The position numbers were made by a program, and so were the translations under genes. A stretch of DNA of 64,000 bases from Gammaproteobacteria bacterium (GTDB lineage: Bacteria; Pseudomonadota; Gammaproteobacteria; SZUA-140), in the NCBI GenBank assembly GCA_016218365.1, contig JACREF010000011.1, forward strand, positions 9,094-73,093, in the 5' to 3' direction. Within the stretch, counting starts at the first letter, position 1, and each line of letters starts with the position of its first letter. Of the stretch, positions 28,998 to 36,957 are shown in pieces. Under the pieces are notes generated by a model. The model was not told the origin of the DNA. It saw only the letters and a list, made by a program, of their open reading frames with translations, and did no database searches.

Positions 28998-29671
28998 TCC
29001 GCGCCATCGTCACCGATATCGAGGGCACGACCTCGTCGCTGTCCTTTGTCAAGGATGTGCTGTTTCCATATGCGCGCCAGCACATCGGCAGCTTTGTTCG
29101 CGATCACGCGACGCAGCATGATGTGGCGCCGTTGCTCGGTGATGTCGCCGCGCTGGCCGGGCGGCCATTGTCGATCGCCGACACCGTCGCCCAGCTCGAG
29201 CGCTGGATCGACGAGGACCGCAAGGTGACACCGCTGAAGACGCTGCAGGGCATGTTATGGGCGCGTGGTTACCGTGACGGCGCGTTTCAGGGTCATGTCT
29301 ATGACGATGCCGTGGTTGCATTGCAGGCCTGGCGTGATGCCGGCATCCGCTTATATGTCTATTCGTCGGGGTCGGTGCAGGCGCAGAAGCTGCTGTTCGC
29401 CCACACCGGTCGCGGCGATCTGACGCCGTTGTTCAGCGGCTATTTCGATACCCATATCGGCGCCAAGACCGAGGCCGAATCGTATCACCGCATCGCACTG
29501 GCGGTCGGGCTGCCGCCGGTGCAGCTGCTGTTTCTGTCGGATATTGGCCCGGAGCTGGATGCGGCGCGCAGCGCCGGCCTGCACACGGTGTGGCTGGTGC
29601 GCGGCGCCGTGCCCGACCCGTCGGCGGTGCATCGCCAGGTCAACTCTTTTGCGGAGGTTGAGCTGCAATGA
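28994..29671 (+). CDS. mtnC: Enolase-phosphatase E1 (HAD family)
   Basis: IVTDIEGTTS (HAD motif I DxxGT), C-terminal LFLSDI motif; start at MIRAIVTD. Confidence 0.85.
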   Translation: MIRAIVTDIEGTTSSLSFVKDVLFPYARQHIGSFVRDHATQHDVAPLLGDVAALAGRPLSIADTVAQLERWIDEDRKVTPLKTLQGMLWARGYRDGAFQGHVYDDAVVALQAWRDAGIRLYVYSSGSVQAQKLLFAHTGRGDLTPLFSGYFDTHIGAKTEAESYHRIALAVGLPPVQLLFLSDIGPELDAARSAGLHTVWLVRGAVPDPSAVHRQVNSFAEVELQ

Positions 29672-30018
29672 ACCCCGGCCGCTGGTTCAGACCTGTCATC
29701 GGCGTGCTGCTGGCTGGCCTGCTGGCGGCCTGCGGCAGGGCGCCGGACGCACCGCCATGGCTGCTCGGCAGCTGGACACTGACCCATAACCCGAACCACG
29801 ATGACAATGACTCGTTGAGCTTTTTGCCACATGGCAAGGTGCAGATCAGGACCGAGGACGGCCGGACGCTGGACGGCGTCTATCAGCTCAGTGACCAGGC
29901 GCTGGTCATCAGCATCATGAACGGCCAGCGACCGGTCGAGGCGCGCTTCACTGTCTCCTCCGATCATGCCCGGCTGCAGTACAGCAACGGTGCCTATTAC
30001 ACCCGTCAGGGTAAGTAA
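29668..30018 (+). CDS. Small lipoprotein (hypothetical)
   Basis: Signal peptide plus lipobox LLAAC|G. Confidence 0.5.
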   Translation: MNPGRWFRPVIGVLLAGLLAACGRAPDAPPWLLGSWTLTHNPNHDDNDSLSFLPHGKVQIRTEDGRTLDGVYQLSDQALVISIMNGQRPVEARFTVSSDHARLQYSNGAYYTRQGK

Positions 30019-30044
30019 GGAATAGCTGATTCATTTGTATGATC

Positions 30045-30131
30045 GTCATTCCCGCGCAAGCGGGAATCCAGCAGGGCACTGAACTGAAGACCCTGGATTC
30101 CGGGTCGCAGCTTACGCTACGCCCGGAATGA
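30045..30131. repeat. Compound palindromic repeat with ATTCCC-N8-GGGAAT (dRS3-like) cores
   Basis: gtcATTCCCgcgcaagcGGGAATccag (30045-30071) and its inverted partner ctggattccggg...cccggaatgac (30094-30131); the same 27-mer recurs inverted at 43586-43612. Confidence 0.6.
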
Positions 30132-30177
30132 CATATTGTTTGGCTGCTGCGCCCGTTTTAACGGTCTGCTGATTTTT

Positions 30178-30337
30178 ATTAACAGGATGTTGAAAAAGGC
30201 CGTCCATGGCCTCCTCAACCCGCACAGCAAAAAATGTGATTTTTGCTGTGCGCCATTTTTCAAGCTGATAAACCCGGCTTGAAAAATGGCGGCGCATCCA
30301 TGCGCCGCACACAGGCTGTTTTTCAACAGCCTGTTAA
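30178..30337. mobile_element. MITE-like non-coding element, copy 1 (~160 bp, ~19-bp terminal inverted repeats TTAACAGGATGTTGAAAAA)
   Basis: Near-identical direct copy at 43349-43508; several internal hairpins (gcggcgcatccatgcgccgc; agcaaaaaatgtgatttttgct; caggctgtttttcaacagcctg); ends in TTAA. Confidence 0.7.
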
Positions 30338-30340
30338 CTG

Positions 30341-30733
30341 CTATGGCAGCATCGCATCATGTGGCGTTGCGACCCGTCTGGAGAGTTGCAGCGCATGGTC
30401 GTCGTTCCCGTACGACCATGTCACCTCGACCCCGAGCTGGCGGGCATCGGGTAGCGCCGCATCGCTTGTGACCGTCCACTGCCGGGTATAGCGCACACCA
30501 TTTTCATCGGCCTGGTCACTGCCGGGCATCAACTGATCGATGCCGCCGGTGGCGGTCTGTTGTTGCAGCAGCTCGATCTGCTGCTGCGCCAGGTTCAGCG
30601 CGGCGCCCTGTTGGCGGCTGTATTGCAGCTGCAGCCGGCTGTCGATGACCAGCGACAGCAAGGCCAGCAGGCCGATGGTCATGATCAGCATCGTCACCAG
30701 CGCCTCGATCAGGGTAAAGCCGTTGCGCATCAT
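30341..30733 (-). CDS. pilV: Type IV pilus minor pilin PilV-like
   Basis: MMRNGFTLIEALVTMLIMTIGLLALLSL prepilin-type N-terminus. Confidence 0.65.
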   Translation of the reverse strand: MMRNGFTLIEALVTMLIMTIGLLALLSLVIDSRLQLQYSRQQGAALNLAQQQIELLQQQTATGGIDQLMPGSDQADENGVRYTRQWTVTSDAALPDARQLGVEVTWSYGNDDHALQLSRRVATPHDAMLP

Positions 30734-30735
30734 GG

Positions 30736-31206
30736 TCAGAAATCCCGCCAGGTACCCGGCAGCTGCGACACCTGCCAGCGGCCGTTGTACGGCGTTCGAT
30801 ACAGATACTGCTGTTGTATCATGACACCCTCATCGACCGTCAGCGGTGATTGTACGCTGACCAGCAGATAATCCGGGTAGCGGCGGTCGCGCGTCAGCTG
30901 CAGCGTTGCCCCGGCAGATGGGGCAGGGATCATGGCCTGCTGGGCGTAGCTGTCGATGTCCAGCCAGACCGGATCATTCATGCGCAGCCATTGCACCGCA
31001 TACTCAAACGCCGAGTCGGCCGCGGCCTGTGCCCGACGCAGCTGATGTTCATTACCCTGCATCCGTGTCGTCGCCAGCGTGTTGCTGGCAACGACCTGGA
31101 CCAGCAGCCCGGCGGCGAGCAGCATCAGCAGTGCGATGACCAGCGTTGTGCCGCCATGCTGGCGGTGGTGGCGATCAGAGGCGACTGAGCAGTGGATTGC
31201 GCACAT
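30736..31206 (-). CDS. pilX: Type IV pilus minor pilin PilX-like (PilX_N domain; exact start uncertain)
   Basis: QHGGTTLVIALLMLLAAGLLVQVVASNTL hydrophobic PilX_N-type segment. Confidence 0.45.
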   Translation of the reverse strand: MCAIHCSVASDRHHRQHGGTTLVIALLMLLAAGLLVQVVASNTLATTRMQGNEHQLRRAQAAADSAFEYAVQWLRMNDPVWLDIDSYAQQAMIPAPSAGATLQLTRDRRYPDYLLVSVQSPLTVDEGVMIQQQYLYRTPYNGRWQVSQLPGTWRDF

Positions 31207-31849
31207 GGATCTGTTCCTGCAGCGTATGACGGGTATGCGGCTGACCCTGCAGCTGGCCAGCGAGCGTGATGCCGATCAGCATGTCACCGACGCATGCTGC
31301 GCCCGTGCTGCAAGGCGAGCTCGTTGCCATCGCGTGATGGACGGTGTCGAGTGTGAATTGCAGCGTGGTGATCTCGATACCGGCCGTCGTGATGTCCTGC
31401 CACTGGCCGCTGCTGCAGGCGGCGGCGCTCGCACTGCTGCGGGTCTCCAGTGCGCCGCTGCGCTGCCGGTACCCGAACAGTTCCAGGCTGCCATCGTTGA
31501 CGAGGCCGTCACCGTCGAGGTCATAACTGAACGTGATGCAGGAATCGGCCGCCTCGCTGACGGTGGCGCGCGCCAGCCGCGGCCGGGTGGCGGGCTGCAG
31601 AAACGGGTTGTCATACAGTGACGCGGCGGAGCCCGGTTGCCAGTGCCAGTAACCGGCGCGGCGCAGGTCACGGGTCATCAACAACACGGTGCTGCGCAGT
31701 TCATGTTCAAGGCGTAACTGGCCCAGCTGCCGCTGACTGCTTGCGGCAAGCTGCAGCCAGGCATTGAGCAGCGTGGCGAGCAGCAGCAGGCCGAGCAGGC
31801 TGCCGAGCAGCAGTTCAATCAGCGTCATCCCGCGTTGCCGGGTCAACAT
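31175..31849 (-). CDS. pilW: Type IV pilus minor pilin PilW-like (start set at MLTRQRGMTLIELLLG)
   Basis: Prepilin-type N-terminus; ORF-track upstream extension lacks pilin features and overlaps the FimT-like gene. Confidence 0.55.
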   Translation of the reverse strand: MLTRQRGMTLIELLLGSLLGLLLLATLLNAWLQLAASSQRQLGQLRLEHELRSTVLLMTRDLRRAGYWHWQPGSAASLYDNPFLQPATRPRLARATVSEAADSCITFSYDLDGDGLVNDGSLELFGYRQRSGALETRSSASAAACSSGQWQDITTAGIEITTLQFTLDTVHHAMATSSPCSTGAACVGDMLIGITLAGQLQGQPHTRHTLQEQIHVRNPLLSRL

Positions 31850-32397
31850 AGCGGATAGCCATTGAATAATGACGTGCTGGCCGGATTGCAGATGCGCACC
31901 CGACCCGGCAGGCTGACGCGCACCTGCAGGCTGTCGGCATATTGATTTTTCAATACCACGGTGCCAAAGCCGGCGGTAGCGCGCAGCGGTGCAAACGTCG
32001 TGTAACGCTGGGTGCCAAAGCGGGCCTGCGGCATCGCGATGCCGGGGTAGTCGGCGGCCTGGCCGGTCATCATTTCCACCGTGCCATGGCGCTGCAGCTG
32101 GCAACGATTGCTCAGTGCGCCAGCGCTGCAATCACAGTCCGGCAGCTCGCCGATGCCATAGCACCACGGCCCGGTATCGCCGGGGCGAAAGCTGACATGC
32201 AAGGCTTGATTGCGCCGCAGCGCCTCGGAGCGGGTGAACTGCAGTGTGCGGGTGATGTCCTGCGCCGCCGCGGCCAGCCGCTGGCGGCCGACCAGCCGGC
32301 CATAGGCCTCACCGCCAGCCAGCGTCAGCACGGCGAGCACGATCAAGACCAGCAGCAGTTCGGCGAATGTGACGCCGCGTTGTACATCCTGGTACAT
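31843..32397 (-). CDS. fimT: FimT/FimU (GspH-like) minor pilin
   Basis: QRGVTFAELLLVLIVLAVLTLAG degenerate prepilin N-terminus; GspH/FimT-type downstream helix (AAAAQDITRTLQFTRSEALRRN). Confidence 0.55.
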   Translation of the reverse strand: MYQDVQRGVTFAELLLVLIVLAVLTLAGGEAYGRLVGRQRLAAAAQDITRTLQFTRSEALRRNQALHVSFRPGDTGPWCYGIGELPDCDCSAGALSNRCQLQRHGTVEMMTGQAADYPGIAMPQARFGTQRYTTFAPLRATAGFGTVVLKNQYADSLQVRVSLPGRVRICNPASTSLFNGYPLC

Positions 32398-32500
32398 ATA
32401 AGGCGCGCCTCCATGCGCGAAGAAACAAAAATACGCCGATCCTGCGTTGCCGGCAAGTGCCGGATGGTCTGTTATACTGCGTCGACTACGGAGAATCCTG

Positions 32501-33538
32501 ATGGCGCAGCTGCATATCGTAATGTCGGACCTGCTCGGCAGCTGGCCGGCGCCACAGTTAAAGGCGGCGAGCGCCGGGCTCGACGTGTCGTTGCTCGAGC
32601 GTGTATTGTCGCGCGCCGTTTGTCATGAAATCTCCGGCCCACCGGCTCACCTGCCGTTGCTGACGAGGCTGTTTGACTGGCCAGCTGATCAAGACGTGCC
32701 GGTCGCGGCACTGACATCCTTGATCGACCGGCCCGGACACAAGGCCGCTTATACGTTGCGCGCCGATCCGGTGCATCTGAAGGCTGACCGTGACCGCGTC
32801 GTGTTGTACCGGGCGCGCGATCTCGCGGTCACTGACACAGAGGCGCAGCAGCTCGTGACCGACATCAACACGCAGCTGGCCGAACCCGGCTGGCAGCTCA
32901 GCGCAGATCATCCGTCACGCTGGTATGTCGATGTGGTTGCACCGCCGGAGGGCCTGATTACGCAGCCGCCCGATGCGGCGCTGGGCCAGGACATCTTCCC
33001 ATGCCAGCCGTCCGGGGCATCCGGCGGCCTGTGGCGCCGCCGCATCAACGAGATCCAGATGCTGCTGCATGAGCATCCGCTTAACGTTGCGCGTGCCGCT
33101 CACGGCCAGCATGAGATCAACAGCCTGTGGCTGTGGGGCGGCGGAGTATTACCAGAGTCCGCACCGCGATTGGCGTGGCACCAGGTTTTCACGGCTGATC
33201 CGCTGGCCGCGGGCCTGGCGCGATGTTGTAACATCCGCTTGATCGATCAAGCCATGACTGCCGAGCAGTTGTTGTCACATCTGCAACCCGGCGCGCCGCA
33301 GTTGCTGATCATTGAACGCGGGCCCGAGGCGATCGCACTCGGCGACGGAGTGTCGTGGCGGCAGCGGCTGGAACAATGGACCAACGACTGGCTGTCACCG
33401 TTACTGAAGGCGATGACGCATGGCGAGATCGAAGAATTAATCCTCTATCCCGGCAATGGCCGCAGCTACCAACTGACCCGCTGGCGCTGGCGGCTCGGTT
33501 GGCGGCCGCGGCCGCTGGCGGGGTTTGCAGCGGGTTGA
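32501..33538 (+). CDS. Hypothetical protein (345 aa)
   Basis: ATG with GGAG RBS; no confident motif assignment (LWLWGGG segment noted); small hairpin cgggttgaacccg overlaps the stop. Confidence 0.4.
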   Translation: MAQLHIVMSDLLGSWPAPQLKAASAGLDVSLLERVLSRAVCHEISGPPAHLPLLTRLFDWPADQDVPVAALTSLIDRPGHKAAYTLRADPVHLKADRDRVVLYRARDLAVTDTEAQQLVTDINTQLAEPGWQLSADHPSRWYVDVVAPPEGLITQPPDAALGQDIFPCQPSGASGGLWRRRINEIQMLLHEHPLNVARAAHGQHEINSLWLWGGGVLPESAPRLAWHQVFTADPLAAGLARCCNIRLIDQAMTAEQLLSHLQPGAPQLLIIERGPEAIALGDGVSWRQRLEQWTNDWLSPLLKAMTHGEIEELILYPGNGRSYQLTRWRWRLGWRPRPLAGFAAG

Positions 33539-33583
33539 ACCCGGTTACTGATTGCAGTCACAGGTATATTATAGAAAATTTTT

Positions 33584-34348
33584 CTATGATCCCGGTTTTG
33601 TTTTTTTATTTCTCGGCTTCTTCCGTGGCGTTCTTACTGTAAGCTGATCATTTGATGACTCTTGGTGGGCCAGAAAGATTGAATCCACTAGTCGACTGCA
33701 GCTTGAAGTAACGCGAGCGAGCACTTTTATTTGTTCCCTGCATGACAAGCTATCAGCCTTTAGAGGGTAGTTAATTTGATGGTCAACTTCACCCCATACC
33801 TCTTCCATGAGCGTGCGTACCTGTATCTCGCAGGTCAGCTCAGTTCTGGTATTGGGCTGTACCACGTAGTGTACGCTGGTGTACATAGTTTTAGAATCTT
33901 CAGTAGCAACTCCGATTTTGGAAAAGTATTCGCGAGATTCATCGTCCCAGGTTCGTGCGCATGGCCCCTCTATTATCAGCCATCTCTGTTCATTAAAGAT
34001 CTCCAAAAGCACGGAATTAATATCTTCAATTTGCTTTGTGTGAAGGTGAAGAATTCTAAAGCCAGCTAAATCGTTAATTTCTTTGAATAGATTTTCGAGA
34101 GTGTAAGGGAATTCTGTAGATTTAGTCTTTGCTTCTAGTCCTTTGCGAATCAATTTTTCGCGAAGATGTTCAGGATCTTTGACTCTCCCTTTCACGGAGT
34201 GAGCAAGTTTCTTCAGCTTCGTGGAAGTTTCGACGTAGCCCGCCAGCTGGGATAGCAACAAAGTAAAGCTTGGCTGGTTATCAACATAATGTTGCACCAA
34301 TCTGTCTATCAGTTTCAATTCAGCTGCGCGAAGCTTGGATGGCATCAT
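33584..34348 (-). CDS. RelA/SpoT-domain nucleotidyltransferase (small alarmone synthetase / toxSAS-like), Lys-rich C-terminal tail
   Basis: G-loop HSVKGRVKDPEHLREKLIRK; catalytic DLAGFRIL; TMYTSVHYVV; EIQVRTLMEEVWGEVDHQINY (canonical synthetase motifs in order); low-GC codon usage; ATGA overlap with the ParA-like gene. Confidence 0.8.
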   Translation of the reverse strand: MMPSKLRAAELKLIDRLVQHYVDNQPSFTLLLSQLAGYVETSTKLKKLAHSVKGRVKDPEHLREKLIRKGLEAKTKSTEFPYTLENLFKEINDLAGFRILHLHTKQIEDINSVLLEIFNEQRWLIIEGPCARTWDDESREYFSKIGVATEDSKTMYTSVHYVVQPNTRTELTCEIQVRTLMEEVWGEVDHQINYPLKADSLSCREQIKVLARVTSSCSRLVDSIFLAHQESSNDQLTVRTPRKKPRNKKTKPGS

Positions 34349-35370
34349 GAGTCCGTCGGGATGATCTCTGTGCGCTGGATGATGTGTTTGGCGATACGTT
34401 CGAATTCTGCTTTTGCTTCCGTTTTCTGCGCTTGGGTTCCGCCATTCACCAATGCAAAAGGCTGCCCCTGTTCTTGTGCAAGGGTTGCTAATCCTCCAAA
34501 ATCCTTTACTTGACCGAGTTTATTCTGGCTAAAAGATGCGCTTGCCAAGTCTTTATCAATTCGGCGAAGAACGGTAGCAATCTCGCTGTTGGCAGTTTTC
34601 TCCAGTTTTGCAACATATGGCGCAAAACTTCCGGAGATCGCTCCTCCATACATGCGGAACTTTTGCAGTATATAGCCCATAAATTTTGGTCTCCCTGGCA
34701 GTAGCATCATTCCGTCAGGCGCTAGCTGAGAAATCACCTGCCAATCTTTAATCCATGACGAGAGAGAGTGCCCAAGTGTGCTAAGCGCTCTGGTCGAAAA
34801 AAGGTCGCATGCAGCCGGGACGATGAAATAGTCGCAATCAAGCAGTACCACGCGATTTAGGGCGCCAATATTCGGGCCGACATCGTAGAAAACGAAGTCA
34901 GCTTTGATTTGTGTCGCAACTATATTTACTACTTCGCTTATTGCAGATGCGCCACGAAAGCCGCGCATCTTTCTTTGCAAACATTCAGTCCAAATTAGCT
35001 GCAAGTCTTGTTCAAATTCTGAGAGGCGAATATCTCCAGGTATTAGAAATATATTCTTTAGGCGTTCAGGAGGCTTTACTTCGCGAACTTCTCCCGTCGA
35101 TTCTGCGATAGGCTTGATTGAAGACCAAATGGTGACTCCAGTTTCCGAATCCGAATTATCGAGCCAGTCATCAACCACGCCTGGTTCGACTAGATATGAA
35201 GTGAGATTACATTGAGGATCTGCGTCAACTAGTAGGACACGCTTTCCAATATCTGCGAGGGCTGAAGCAATGTTAACAGTTAGCGTAGTTTTACCTACGC
35301 CGCCCTTATGGTTGTATAGGGCCAATCGTATAGATGGGTGACGAGAATCTCGAAGGGATTTACGCGCCAT
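34345..35370 (-). CDS. ParA/MinD-family deviant Walker A ATPase with ~90-aa C-terminal extension
   Basis: KGGVGKTT deviant Walker A, VDADPQ A' motif, hydrophobic-D Walker B (FVFYDVGPN); TAATG overlap with upstream ORF; no parB/centromere partner. Confidence 0.85.
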   Translation of the reverse strand: MARKSLRDSRHPSIRLALYNHKGGVGKTTLTVNIASALADIGKRVLLVDADPQCNLTSYLVEPGVVDDWLDNSDSETGVTIWSSIKPIAESTGEVREVKPPERLKNIFLIPGDIRLSEFEQDLQLIWTECLQRKMRGFRGASAISEVVNIVATQIKADFVFYDVGPNIGALNRVVLLDCDYFIVPAACDLFSTRALSTLGHSLSSWIKDWQVISQLAPDGMMLLPGRPKFMGYILQKFRMYGGAISGSFAPYVAKLEKTANSEIATVLRRIDKDLASASFSQNKLGQVKDFGGLATLAQEQGQPFALVNGGTQAQKTEAKAEFERIAKHIIQRTEIIPTDS

Positions 35371-35954
35371 TATTCATTTGCGCTCTTGAGCGTTTTTGTT
35401 TGGGGTTTGCGCGACTTTCGCTTTTTGCGTATTCCTTCGGTGCCGGACTTCGCGGCATCGCGGTCGGGTAGATGTTGTATGTAGAGTTCTCCAGCCGCGC
35501 TTATTTGCTTGTTACCCTTAACCGCTTGAACAAGTAGCCCGGCCTTGGCGGCATTGTCAACAGCAATCGACGCATTTGAAAATTTAGGTTGAGCAGCCTC
35601 AGTATTTAAGGTGCTTATATCCAAGGTTTTAAAGTAAGGGGTTTCACGATAATGCGTGAGATAGTATGCAAGGCAAGTAACTCTTTCCACATCAGTGCGA
35701 GGAGCTTTTTCGCGCATAAAATCCTTCGGCGAGACAGTTCTATCTTCAGAGAAAGTTGAACTGTTAAAAGGAGAGCTTATAACTGATGAGGAGGGTGAGG
35801 CCGTCCTAGATGGGCTATGATTTCCCTGCAGAGAGAGATCGAGGAACGTTGCCACAGCTTGTAAAGTTCTCTGTTGGTCTTCCTTGCTCAGCTTTTTTAG
35901 AGCAGCAATTATCTCAGTCAATATATCGAAATCATTAGGGGAGACTGGGTCCAT
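35370..35954 (-). CDS. Hypothetical protein: N-terminal helical segment, S/P-rich linker, C-terminal domain with Lys/Arg-rich tail
   Basis: First gene of the low-GC operon; GAGG RBS; KKRKSRKPQTKTLKS tail suggests nucleic-acid binding. Confidence 0.5.
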   Translation of the reverse strand: MDPVSPNDFDILTEIIAALKKLSKEDQQRTLQAVATFLDLSLQGNHSPSRTASPSSSVISSPFNSSTFSEDRTVSPKDFMREKAPRTDVERVTCLAYYLTHYRETPYFKTLDISTLNTEAAQPKFSNASIAVDNAAKAGLLVQAVKGNKQISAAGELYIQHLPDRDAAKSGTEGIRKKRKSRKPQTKTLKSANE

Positions 35955-36171
35955 ATTTTTGCCTCATTAAAGAGTGATTTTTGTATATGCTTCAAAACTA
36001 CCTGATTATATTATATATATCAATACGACAATGAAGAAGTAGCGGAAATTATCCGGGACAGCCCCTCTTTGTTTTGTGAGCGATTGCATGAGAATCCGTG
36101 TCAGAGAGGATTTTTTCGTATTAGCAATATTTGTTTTCTGTCCTGGTTTTTTTGCACAAAAAATACAAGTT

Positions 36172-36957
36172 CTACTTCGTGCTGACCGGCTTGCGGAACT
36201 TGAACAAGAACTTGTCGGTCTTGCCGCGGATCGCCGGGTCGAACACCTTGGCGCTATGGTCGTCGTCGGCGTTAAGCAGCGCATCGGACTGGCCGGCCAG
36301 TTCAAAGCCGGCGGCCAGCACCTCGGCCTTCACGGTCGCGGCATCGATGCGGTGCAGTGTCTCGGTGTCGCGCAGGCCTGAGCCTGGCGCGGCGGCGTGG
36401 TCGACGATGACATACAGCCCGCCGGGTTTCAGCGCATCGAAGATCGCCTTGTTGACCTTTGCCAGATCGGCCGGGCCGAAGAAGCTGTCATGCAGGTCAT
36501 GGTAGTTCATCGAGGTCCAGACCACGTCGAGTGTTTCGGGTGCCTTGAAGGCATTGACCGCTGGCTTGATGACGGTGACATTCGCATAGTGCGGGTCGGC
36601 GGCGATGGCGGCGACGGCCGCATCGGCGTTCTTCCGCATCCCGAACAGCTCTTCGGGCACCACGGCATACACATGACCATGTTGGCCGACGATGGTTGAA
36701 AACAGCCGCGTGACGTAGCCACCACCCGGGATGAAATCCGCCACCCGGTCACCCGGCTTGATGCCGGTGAACGTCAACACCGCTAGCGGTTTGCGCTCGG
36801 CATCCTGTGCACGGTCGGTGTCCGGCCGCGCGGGATCGGCGATCGCCGCGGCGATCTGGTCCTGCGCGCTCGCCGCCGAGCCGGCCAGCGCCAGCGGAGA
36901 CAAGAGTGAAAGCAGCACGGCAGTGAACAATAAAGCTCTGGATGTATTGTTAATCAT
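36172..36957 (-). CDS. Secreted class I SAM-dependent methyltransferase-like protein
   Basis: Start at MINNTS with AAGGAGG RBS; signal peptide; FTGIKPGDRVADFIPGGGY SAM-binding-like motif. Confidence 0.65.
   Translation of the reverse strand: MINNTSRALLFTAVLLSLLSPLALAGSAASAQDQIAAAIADPARPDTDRAQDAERKPLAVLTFTGIKPGDRVADFIPGGGYVTRLFSTIVGQHGHVYAVVPEELFGMRKNADAAVAAIAADPHYANVTVIKPAVNAFKAPETLDVVWTSMNYHDLHDSFFGPADLAKVNKAIFDALKPGGLYVIVDHAAAPGSGLRDTETLHRIDAATVKAEVLAAGFELAGQSDALLNADDDHSAKVFDPAIRGKTDKFLFKFRKPVSTK

Noticed and set aside
33686-33700. CTGCAGTCGACTAGT: overlapping PstI/SalI/SpeI sites resembling a cloning-vector polylinker, inside the RelA/SpoT gene
   Set aside because: It lies in frame within a continuous ORF (encodes SCSRLVD) with the same codon usage as the rest of the gene, and no other vector-like sequence flanks it. 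Most likely coincidence. A UniVec screen would settle it.
33540-36170. Island as an integrated prophage, ICE or plasmid remnant
   Set aside because: No integrase, recombinase, att-like direct repeats, tRNA target or replication genes. Only the three-gene operon is present, so origin and mobilisation mechanism remain unknown.
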